A stretch of DNA of 64,000 nucleotides from a virus. Taxonomy: Duplodnaviria; Caudoviricetes. Within the stretch, counting starts at the first letter, position 1. Each line of letters starts with the position of its first letter. Made by a program: the position numbers and the translations under genes. Shown here one piece after another: positions 9,764 through 18,824 of the stretch. The stretch lies in the IMG/VR virus record IMGVR_UViG_3300025410_000009; one strand, 5' to 3'. Under the pieces are notes generated by a model. The model saw only the letters and a program-made list of their open reading frames with translations. It had not been told where the DNA came from and searched no databases.

Positions 9764-12700
9764 TCAACCGTAACTGGAATATTGTCCCAAAACTGTCCAC
9801 ACACCGTTGACGTTGATCAAACTGAATGCGTACACTTCGGTCTTGTTGGCAGCGCCAGCTGGTGTCAACGCACTGGCCCATAGTATGGTTTGTGCAACAC
9901 CGTTGATCTGTATTGTGCTGATACTGTAAGGAGTGGCTGTTTGTAATACCACCAAGGTGACAACAAATGCACGACCGTATGTGGTGGGCACATTGACAAA
10001 ATTGGGTGTAAAATTACCAGCCAAACTTGACAGCACAAACACTGTGGCCTGTGTGGTATCATGAGCTGTTACACCAGTTGCACCTGTTATAGATGATAAT
10101 GCATCTGTGGTTCTAAAGAATGTGGCTAATCCACCAACATACACATTACCGCCAATATTGGCATCACCAGCAATGCCAGCGCCACCTGCAACTACAAGCG
10201 CACCAGTTGTGGTACTGGTACTGGGTGTGGTGTTTGATGTCAACATCACAATGTTTGTAGGGAAATTGCCTTGCGAACCATTATAACCTACGCTGCCAGC
10301 ATAACCCTGACTGCCGGTATAACCTGTGTTGCCCTGATAGCCTTGACTACCGGTATAACCCTGGCTACCAGTATAACCAGTTGAACCTTGTATACCAGTT
10401 GGGCCCACTGCAGCTATGGGTATTTCACGTATGACCACGGCAGCGCTGGCAGCTGGAGCATTAGAGAATGTGAGAGTTGTAGCAGCCACAGCATAGTCCA
10501 CAGTGGGCACTTGAATATTGCCCGACACATAGACCATGACACTGTCGGTTGTGGTGCCTTGAGTCACTGTAAAGTTTCTGTTGGTGCCATCACCGGTACT
10601 GCGTCGTGTCACAAAGCCAGTAGTACCGTATAACACAGTGGTCACTTCAATGGCTGCATTGTTGGCTGGAGCTTCGCTAAAGGTAATGGTGCTGCCGCTT
10701 ACTGAATAAGCTGCTCGTAGCTGTGTGACGCCGTCAATGACCACAATAGTTTGATTTTTACTAGTGGGAGTCACTGTCAAACTGTACGATACAGCAACAC
10801 CGTTGCCGGTAAAGGTATCGACGTTTAGGCTTGATGCTGTGGTACCAGCTGGACCAGCAACACCTGCACTTCCAGTATAACCAATTGATCCAGTATAACC
10901 AATTGGGCCTTGGCTACCAGTATAGCCCACACCACCCGAACCAGTATATCCAATGCTGCCGGTACTACCAGTATAACCTGTAGCACCCTGGCTACCAGTA
11001 TAACCAGCACCTTGACTACCAGTATAACCAATGGATCCAGTGTAACCCGGGGCAGTACTGACTGATCCGGTGTAACCTGTTGAGCCGGTATAACCTACGG
11101 ATCCAGTATAACCAATTGATCCAGTGTAGCCCAATCCACCAATTGAGCCGTTGTAACCAGCACTGCCTGTAAAGCCTGCACCCTGGCTACCAGTGTAACC
11201 TATTGAACCAGTATAACCAGTGCCGCCTATACTTCCAGTGAACCCAATTGATCCCGAATAGCCTATTGTACCTTGGCTACCGGTGTAACCAGCACCGGTA
11301 GATCCAGTGAAACCAGTGCTACCGCCGTAACCGGTACTGCCATTATAGCCCACGCTGCCGGCATAGCCTCGGCTACCGGTGTAGCCTGTTGCACCCATAA
11401 AGCCGCTGGCAGCAATTTCAACCCATTGTGAGCCGTTGGCATCTTGTACCCAGACCACTTCGCAGCCGGTCAATGAATCTAGCCAACGATCGCCGTATTG
11501 CGGATTTGTGGGCGCTGTTGGGCCAAAAGTAAACGAGCTTTCGCCCATGCTACCTGTATAGCCAAGACTACCTGTGTAGCCGGCTGCGCCAGTACTACCG
11601 TTATAGCCTGCTGCGCCTGCTGAACCAGTGAAACCAATTGACCCTGTATAACCAGTGGCACCAATCGATCCAGTGTAGCCGGTACTGCCCGCATATCCAG
11701 TGCTGCCGGTATAACCAGTGCTGCCGGTATAGCCCGATGATCCCGAATAACCAATTAGGGGAGTACCGTTGGCATAGAAATAACTGGTACTGTAGACATT
11801 GCCAGCAAATATGTTACCAGTAACACCTACACCGCCCGAAACTGTCAGCGCACCGGTAGTGACACTGGTACTGGGAATTGGAGTTCCATTGGCCACTAGT
11901 GGGGTTGATGAGTTATATGTAACTGATCCAGTGGCTGTTGCAGTCAGTGCATTGGTACTGGAATCTGTCAGATATGTGCCCGATGTTGACACATCCAGCA
12001 GCAATTGGGTATTTGTGACCGCAGTTAACGGAGTTGTAGGTACCGAGAAGTTGGTGGTGTATACCAAGGTGCCACGAACAATTCTTACATTAGTGACATA
12101 ACCGGCTATGTATGTTGACAAAAATGCACCAATGATCAAGCCATAGCTGGGAGTACTGGTTGGAGTACCGGACACAAGACCCGAAGCACCCAAAGTACCA
12201 TTGATGTACAAGTACATGGTGTTGCTGCTCAACGAGTAACCAAATGCCACGTGTGTCCAAGTGTTTAATGGCACTGTGGCTGTGGTTGTAAGCGCATTTG
12301 CACTACCAATCCAATAGAACCATTTCAATTGACCAGTGCTGGTCAAACCCAATGACCACTGGTTGCCACCAGCAGCGGGTTGCATGTTACCGATCAAGGT
12401 ACCTTGATCATATGTGCCACCAGCATGCCAACCTGAATAGCTTGTGGGATATATCCATGCTTCTAGTGTATAGTCTGCAGTCCACCAATTGAATTGAGTA
12501 GTGGTATACGGTATTGACAAATAGCCGGTGGCAAAAAGCAAACTACCACCAGCGGGTTGTGTGGCTGGTGGTACAATAGTATGACTAGCACTAAACAAAT
12601 TACCGCTAATACCAGCTCCGCCGGTGACAATTAAAGCACCGGTGGTGGTACTGGTACTTGAAGTAGTGTTACTGGTAATGATCTGTTGTGTGGTTGTACC

Positions 12701-15700
12701 TGAGAATGTGCCCACACTACCGGTATAGCCCGTACTACCAGTGTAGCCGGTAGCGCCCGTTGAACCAGTGTAGCCCGTACTGCCTGTTGAACCAGTGTAT
12801 CCAATTGAACCAGCGCTGCCGGCTGAACCAGTATAACCTATACTGCCCACGCTACCGGTATAACCCGTACTACCAATAGATCCGTTATAGCCAGCACTGC
12901 CGGTATATCCGGTTGATCCATTAGTACCTGCTGAACCAGTGTAGCCTGTGGCGCCAGCACTTCCAGTATAACCCTGTGAACCTATACTACCAGCATAGCC
13001 AGCACCAGCTGACCCAGTATAACCAATCGAACCAGTGTAGCCCACACTACCATTGTAGCCAGTGCTACCTGCATAACCAGTGGTACCTTGACTGCCAGTG
13101 TAGCCAATTGAGCCGTTGTAACCCTGAGATCCTGTATAACCAATTTGAGAATAGGGTGCACCATTGGCATAAAAATAGCTGTCGGTATATACACCGCCCA
13201 CATACAAGTTACCACTGATACCAGCACCACCAGCCACTTGTAGTGCACCCGATGTGGTGCTAGTTGCTGCAACTGCTGGTATGACTGTCGCAGTGCCTGA
13301 TGTTAGTGGAGTTGATGGATCGTACCCAACACCGTTGTGATTCACCAACGTGATATTATTGCTGCTGGAGTCGGTTATGTAGGCTGCATCCGACGACACA
13401 TCCAACAACAAAGCTGTGTTAGTGATGTTCAGCAAGGGTGTTGTACTGGGTGTAAAATTACTAGAATAAACACCGGTGCCATTCACATATCTAAAGTTGG
13501 TTATCAAGCCCGAGAAATAGTGAGTATTTCTAGTTTGAGCACCAAGTTCAAAATTTGAAATGTTTATGCTGGTACCTAGGTTACCATTGGTATATACACT
13601 GGACCCATTTACATAAATGTTAAAAGTTGTACCAATTCTAACAAAAGCATGGTGTACCCAAGTGCTTGCAGCCGATGCAGTCGATTGCACCACTTGTTGA
13701 TTAATTGTCCATCCACCACCGTTACCAACACTGAGCGTAAAATTACTGCCGCCCATTTCTAGTAAAATACCAAAGGTACCACCGCTTGTGGATGCGCCAT
13801 TGAATACTGCACTACCACCAGTGTAGTACATCCAATATTCAATTGTGAAGTCGTTGGTACCAATTGCTGGCAAGGTTGCAGCCAAATATCTAGTGCCACT
13901 GAAACTCAAACTTCCACCAATGGGGCCATAAACTGTTACTGATGAAGTACCTATATTCAAATTACCCTGAATGCCGGCACCGCCTGCAACCACAAGCGCA
14001 CCAGTTGTAGTACTGGTACTGGGTGTGGTGTTGGCAATGTTAGCTGAACCAAATTTCAATGTATCTAGTACAACATTAGGCGAAGTTAGTGCAGCAACAC
14101 CAGCAGTGGGTTCAGCAATATTACTGGCCAAATACCATGCATTGTCTGCATAATTACGAATTAGACCAGTGTGTGCGTACACATTGGCTGGGCCACCAAT
14201 GAAATGTGAATAAAAACCTATGTCGTAATTATAAGGATAAACTGTGTTGCTTTGTAGATACAGTAAAGGTTCTTCAACTACCAAAATTTGTTGTGTAGTT
14301 GAAATCAAGTTTGCCGCATAAACTGATCCACCAACATAAAGATCAGCACTGATCGAAGCACCGCCTGCTACTTGTAATGCACCAGTACCAGAACCAACAC
14401 TGTTGGTGGTATTGGTAGTGATAATCTGTTGTGTGGTAGTGCCTGAGAATGTGCCCACAGATCCAGTATAACCTTGAGCACCGCTAGCGCCCGAGGCCCC
14501 AATACTGCCAGTGTAACCTGTAGCCCCAGTAGCTCCTGTGGCACCAATGGATCCAGTATATCCTGCTCCGCCTGCACTACCACTTGCACCAGCAGCTCCG
14601 CTGGCACCTATGGATCCAGTATAACCCAATAAACCAATGCCACCTGTGGCACCAGTTGCACCCACGCTGCCGGTATAACCTTGCGGTCCTGTAGCGCCTG
14701 TGGCACCAGTTAGGCCAGTGGCACCCACACTGCCTGTGTACCCAATACTACCAGTATAACCGGTGTTTACAAATGGTGCTCCGTTGGCAAAGAAATAATT
14801 ATCGCTGTAGATGTTGCCAGCCCAAAAACTTTCGGACACACCCAAACCACCCGCCACAGTCATTGCACCTGTAGTGGTGCTGGTACTGTCAATGGTATGA
14901 TAAATGTATTGACTATATGGTGTTCCGACATCGTACGAAACACCATTGTTATTGGTGATTGTGCTTACACCACTTAAATCCACCAAATAATCGGCAGAAT
15001 CAGCCACATTTAACAATAGCGCAGTATTAGATATAACTGCCAGTGGCTCGGTGGGTGGTGTAAATGCACCGGTATAAACTGCTGTACCGTTGACTACTCG
15101 TACATTGGTCAAGTAACCATCAAGATAATAGAGTCCGTTAGAACCGCTATCGCCGCTGCCATCTTCACCAAGATAAAAATTGTTGCTGGGTGCATAGACT
15201 TGGCTAGTCATTGCTCGAGAGCCGCTGACTGCACCGTTTATGTAAACAGTCAATGTAGATCCTGATCGTACCACAGCAATGTGGAACCAATCGCCAACGT
15301 TGACTCCAGTGATAGTGCCGCTTAAAGTGCCGCCTGAATTTACGTCACCATCGTGTGACCAGCCTAGACCCCAGGTAGTGGTGGTAACCCGTATGTTAAA
15401 TCCACGTCCTGGGCTGGGCGATAGATCAGTGGTCCATAAATTATAAGTACCTGTTCCTGACAGGTTGACCCACATTTCTACTGTAAAATCATTTGACGCC
15501 AAATGTGATACTGCTGTGCTAGTGGCCACAAGCGATTGGCCGCTGCCGTTGAAATGTAAACTACCACCTGGTGAAATTGGTACAGGGAGAATATTAACAC
15601 CAACGGTGTATACGTTGCCAGCAATGGCAGCACCACCAGCCACTTGTAGCGCACCTGTTGTCAAACTGGTACTAGAAGTGGTATTACTGGTTATGATCTG

Positions 15701-16618
15701 CTGTGTGGTAGTTCCTGAGAATGTACCTACAGATCCAGTGTAACCGATATCACCCTTGCTGCCTGTGTAGCCAATATCGCCATGGCTACCGGTGTAACCA
15801 GTGGCACCTTGACTGCCTGTGTAACCAATTACACCACTAGCACCCGTTGCTCCGGTTAAACCAGTGGCACCCACACTACCTGTATAACCAGCACCGCCTG
15901 CAACACCACTGGCACCAGTCGCACCAACGGGACCAGTTGGTCCTGTATCACCAATTGATCCTGTAAAACCAATCGAACCAGTGAAACCAATCGATCCTGT
16001 AAAACCTATACTACCAGTATAACCTGTGGCACCAAAACTACCGGTGTATCCAAGGTCGCCTTGACTTCCAGTATATCCAGTAGCTCCAGTTGCACCAGTT
16101 GCTCCAGTGGCGCCTGTGCTGCCAGTGTACCCAATTGATCCAGTATAACCTATATCACCTTGGCTGCCCACATAACCAGTGGCACCCACGCTACCAGTAA
16201 ACCCAATTGATCCAGTATAGCCCGATGCGCCAGTGAAACCAATTGAACCTGTAAAACCAATACTACCTGTAAAACCAATTGATCCAGTATATCCAGTTAC
16301 ACCCGTGGGACCCAACGGACCTTGACTGCCAGTATAGCCAGTTGCACCAATTGAGCCATTATAACCAACGTCACCTTGACTACCAGTGTAGCCAATTACA
16401 CCAGTGGCACCCACAGGACCTGTGGGTCCAGTTGAACCTACACTACCCACATAACCCTGTGGACCAGTGTTAAACAGTTCTTTAATGCTTCCGTCTGCGT
16501 GTTTGGTGTATAGTACTGCGTCGGCGGTGTTGACTGCCAATTCCCCGACCTGCAAATCGGAGGGGGTCGGCATTTTGCCGGGTACGACTGATTTTTTAAT
16601 TATAATACTATTGGCCAT
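9764..16618 (-). CDS. Giant collagen-like fibre with three LamG/ConA-like domains
   Basis: 2284 aa. N-terminal IIIKKS..PGK.P....GELAVNTAD module, six (Gly-X-Y)n blocks dominated by GYT-GSx, and three LamG-like domains (FTVEMWV/WFHIAVVR, FTIEYWM/WVHHAFVR, YTLEAWIY/WTHVAF). Confidence 0.85.
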   Translation of the reverse strand: MANSIIIKKSVVPGKMPTPSDLQVGELAVNTADAVLYTKHADGSIKELFNTGPQGYVGSVGSTGPTGPVGATGVIGYTGSQGDVGYNGSIGATGYTGSQGPLGPTGVTGYTGSIGFTGSIGFTGSIGFTGASGYTGSIGFTGSVGATGYVGSQGDIGYTGSIGYTGSTGATGATGATGATGYTGSQGDLGYTGSFGATGYTGSIGFTGSIGFTGSIGFTGSIGDTGPTGPVGATGASGVAGGAGYTGSVGATGLTGATGASGVIGYTGSQGATGYTGSHGDIGYTGSKGDIGYTGSVGTFSGTTTQQIITSNTTSSTSLTTGALQVAGGAAIAGNVYTVGVNILPVPISPGGSLHFNGSGQSLVATSTAVSHLASNDFTVEMWVNLSGTGTYNLWTTDLSPSPGRGFNIRVTTTTWGLGWSHDGDVNSGGTLSGTITGVNVGDWFHIAVVRSGSTLTVYINGAVSGSRAMTSQVYAPSNNFYLGEDGSGDSGSNGLYYLDGYLTNVRVVNGTAVYTGAFTPPTEPLAVISNTALLLNVADSADYLVDLSGVSTITNNNGVSYDVGTPYSQYIYHTIDSTSTTTGAMTVAGGLGVSESFWAGNIYSDNYFFANGAPFVNTGYTGSIGYTGSVGATGLTGATGATGPQGYTGSVGATGATGGIGLLGYTGSIGASGAAGASGSAGGAGYTGSIGATGATGATGYTGSIGASGASGAQGYTGSVGTFSGTTTQQIITTNTTNSVGSGTGALQVAGGASISADLYVGGSVYAANLISTTQQILVVEEPLLYLQSNTVYPYNYDIGFYSHFIGGPANVYAHTGLIRNYADNAWYLASNIAEPTAGVAALTSPNVVLDTLKFGSANIANTTPSTSTTTGALVVAGGAGIQGNLNIGTSSVTVYGPIGGSLSFSGTRYLAATLPAIGTNDFTIEYWMYYTGGSAVFNGASTSGGTFGILLEMGGSNFTLSVGNGGGWTINQQVVQSTASAASTWVHHAFVRIGTTFNIYVNGSSVYTNGNLGTSINISNFELGAQTRNTHYFSGLITNFRYVNGTGVYSSNFTPSTTPLLNITNTALLLDVSSDAAYITDSSSNNITLVNHNGVGYDPSTPLTSGTATVIPAVAATSTTSGALQVAGGAGISGNLYVGGVYTDSYFYANGAPYSQIGYTGSQGYNGSIGYTGSQGTTGYAGSTGYNGSVGYTGSIGYTGSAGAGYAGSIGSQGYTGSAGATGYTGSAGTNGSTGYTGSAGYNGSIGSTGYTGSVGSIGYTGSAGSAGSIGYTGSTGSTGYTGSTGATGYTGSTGYTGSVGTFSGTTTQQIITSNTTSSTSTTTGALIVTGGAGISGNLFSASHTIVPPATQPAGGSLLFATGYLSIPYTTTQFNWWTADYTLEAWIYPTSYSGWHAGGTYDQGTLIGNMQPAAGGNQWSLGLTSTGQLKWFYWIGSANALTTTATVPLNTWTHVAFGYSLSSNTMYLYINGTLGASGLVSGTPTSTPSYGLIIGAFLSTYIAGYVTNVRIVRGTLVYTTNFSVPTTPLTAVTNTQLLLDVSTSGTYLTDSSTNALTATATGSVTYNSSTPLVANGTPIPSTSVTTGALTVSGGVGVTGNIFAGNVYSTSYFYANGTPLIGYSGSSGYTGSTGYTGSTGYAGSTGYTGSIGATGYTGSIGFTGSAGAAGYNGSTGAAGYTGSLGYTGSMGESSFTFGPTAPTNPQYGDRWLDSLTGCEVVWVQDANGSQWVEIAASGFMGATGYTGSRGYAGSVGYNGSTGYGGSTGFTGSTGAGYTGSQGTIGYSGSIGFTGSIGGTGYTGSIGYTGSQGAGFTGSAGYNGSIGGLGYTGSIGYTGSVGYTGSTGYTGSVSTAPGYTGSIGYTGSQGAGYTGSQGATGYTGSTGSIGYTGSGGVGYTGSQGPIGYTGSIGYTGSAGVAGPAGTTASSLNVDTFTGNGVAVSYSLTVTPTSKNQTIVVIDGVTQLRAAYSVSGSTITFSEAPANNAAIEVTTVLYGTTGFVTRRSTGDGTNRNFTVTQGTTTDSVMVYVSGNIQVPTVDYAVAATTLTFSNAPAASAAVVIREIPIAAVGPTGIQGSTGYTGSQGYTGSQGYQGNTGYTGSQGYAGSVGYNGSQGNFPTNIVMLTSNTTPSTSTTTGALVVAGGAGIAGDANIGGNVYVGGLATFFRTTDALSSITGATGVTAHDTTQATVFVLSSLAGNFTPNFVNVPTTYGRAFVVTLVVLQTATPYSISTIQINGVAQTILWASALTPAGAANKTEVYAFSLINVNGVWTVLGQYSSYG

Positions 16619-16654
16619 TGGGCACCCTTGTTAACATGCTATATAGCAGGGCCA

Positions 16655-16698
16655 CAAATAAAAAACCGGATCGCTGTGAAGTTCTCCGGTTTTATTTG
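16655..16698 (-). terminator. Probable intrinsic terminator
   Basis: On the minus strand, AAAACCGGA-N14-TCCGGTTTT runs into TTATTTG, downstream of the 16727..18784 gene. Confidence 0.5.
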
Positions 16699-16726
16699 TG
16701 TTCTTAAACTTCTAAATTATTTATCT

Positions 16727-18784
16727 TTAGAATGAACCGCCGTCTATTGTGTCATTAGTATTAATTACTTCGTAACCAGCTTTGTAAATGGTTCCAGCTG
16801 CACGAATGTCTTGTTGTACTTGAACGTATCCAGCAACACTTACATCGCCAGTTACTTGGAAAGTACCAGTGTTGTAAGTACCTTGTGTATAAGAAGTACC
16901 AGCAGTCAAAGTCACAACATTACCAAAAGTGGCTGTGCCAGTTGAGGTAAAATGTGCGGCTGTTAATCTATGTGCGGTAGCATCATATGTTAAACCGGTG
17001 TCATCCGAAAATGCACCCATCGAGTTTGTGTATGGTACACGACCAGTAGTCAATCCAGTGTTGGTGGTTCCACCAGTAACCGACAAAGTGGTAACTGTAA
17101 TTGCACTGACACTCAATGTGTTAGAAGCAGTATCAAAAGTGAATGTAGAATTGTCAATGATTCTGCCAGATGGACCAACCACTGTAACACGACCAGCGGT
17201 CAAGGAATCATCAATGAATCCACCAGCTTCAACCAAACCAGATACCACTGCACTGTCTGCATTGACTTGGCCAGTTGCAGCATCAATGGTGAATGTGTGC
17301 AAGTCAGCTAATTTACCATCGCTGCCGGTAAACACAATTCTAGTGCTGGTCAAGCTGTTGTCAGCCAAGTGATCAGCAGTTAGTGTATTGGCTACTGTAA
17401 CACCACCAGTGGCATTCAACCAGATACGGTCAGGTGCATCGTTTGTGACACCAATTTCCAGTGTACGGTCGTCGCCGCTGCGAGCATAATATCTAATGTA
17501 AGCTGAATCGCCACCAGATACCACAGGGAACAAAATACCATCACCACTGGAATTACCAGCTGTGGGCAAGATTTGGCCGTATACACCAACAGCAGAAAGT
17601 ATACTTGATCCACTGTCAAATGTAAGATCTGGGCTGTCAACAAGTTTTCCGTTGCTGCCAGCAAAAGTAACACGACCAGCGGTCAAGCTGCTGACTTTAG
17701 CAACATTCAAGCTGGCTGTGCCGCCCGAAGAAATGTTAGAAGCAGTTAAAGTATTGGTGCTGGTGTTGTAGGTAAATCCTGTTGTACCAACCAAGACATT
17801 GCCGTTACCAAATACAATTTGTTTGTCGGTAACACCGGTTGTGGTCAATGTTGTAAAGTTACCAGTTGATGATGTAATGGCACCAATTGGGGTATTGTCA
17901 ATCGAAGCTGCTGTAACAGCACCCAGTGTCAAGCTACCGCTTAGGTTAACGCTGCTTGAGCTAGAAATAGATCCGCTGATGTTGACGTTGTTGGCAAAAA
18001 TGTCGCCAGTGGAAACAACTGATTGATCAGTGTAGATATTGCTGGTAAAGTAACCGGTACCAGTTACTCGCAAATTCTTGTTTAAATTCCAAGACTGATA
18101 AATGCTGTCATATTCAATTGTGGCATTGGCACCGTTAACAGTGATACCAGCACCATTTGCATCCATTGCAGTAGATGCATCTTTGGCCAAAACCACATTC
18201 AAATCAGTAATAGCAACTGTGGTACTGTTAACAGTGGTTGTTACACCTCTAACATACAAGTTACCATGAACAATGGCGTCACCATCAACGTCCAAGTTAC
18301 CAGTTGATTCCAGTGTGGTAAATCTACCAGTAGATGCTGTAGTAGCACCAATTGTGGTGGCATCAATGGTACCACCTGAGATACTGACATTGTTGGCGTT
18401 TTGTGTGGCAATGGTACCAAAGTCGCTAGCAACCGAGAAAGTCACATAGCTGGCAGCACTGATACGACCTTTGCTGTCAACAGTGAAAGTTGGAATCTGA
18501 ACAACTTCGCCAACTTTGCTACCGTACGACCCAGCTGTAACACCAGTTGTGTTCAAGTCTACTGTGATAGCAGTTTTGCCGCTAGCAGTTACAATGTCAT
18601 CGCCGCTTAGGGTAATGGTATCATTTTCTTTAAGGTCCAAGACCGACGGGCCCGAGCCACTGTTGATCTTGGTAAAAAGTCTACCATCATAGGTGTTAAG
18701 AGCAAGTTCGCCATAACTTAAACTATTGGTACCCGGTACGTTACCACCGGTGCTGCTTCTTTTAATTAAAATTGTATTAGCCAT
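16727..18784 (-). CDS. Tail fibre-like protein
   Basis: 685 aa. N-terminal ILIKRSST...GELALNTYDGRL module, repeated 'LTAGRVTF.G..GKL.D' units, C-terminal DGGSF. Confidence 0.72.
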   Translation of the reverse strand: MANTILIKRSSTGGNVPGTNSLSYGELALNTYDGRLFTKINSGSGPSVLDLKENDTITLSGDDIVTASGKTAITVDLNTTGVTAGSYGSKVGEVVQIPTFTVDSKGRISAASYVTFSVASDFGTIATQNANNVSISGGTIDATTIGATTASTGRFTTLESTGNLDVDGDAIVHGNLYVRGVTTTVNSTTVAITDLNVVLAKDASTAMDANGAGITVNGANATIEYDSIYQSWNLNKNLRVTGTGYFTSNIYTDQSVVSTGDIFANNVNISGSISSSSSVNLSGSLTLGAVTAASIDNTPIGAITSSTGNFTTLTTTGVTDKQIVFGNGNVLVGTTGFTYNTSTNTLTASNISSGGTASLNVAKVSSLTAGRVTFAGSNGKLVDSPDLTFDSGSSILSAVGVYGQILPTAGNSSGDGILFPVVSGGDSAYIRYYARSGDDRTLEIGVTNDAPDRIWLNATGGVTVANTLTADHLADNSLTSTRIVFTGSDGKLADLHTFTIDAATGQVNADSAVVSGLVEAGGFIDDSLTAGRVTVVGPSGRIIDNSTFTFDTASNTLSVSAITVTTLSVTGGTTNTGLTTGRVPYTNSMGAFSDDTGLTYDATAHRLTAAHFTSTGTATFGNVVTLTAGTSYTQGTYNTGTFQVTGDVSVAGYVQVQQDIRAAGTIYKAGYEVINTNDTIDGGSF

Positions 18785-18824
18785 TGTAATGATATCCCAT
18801 TTGTTTTATTTATTCGAATCCTAC

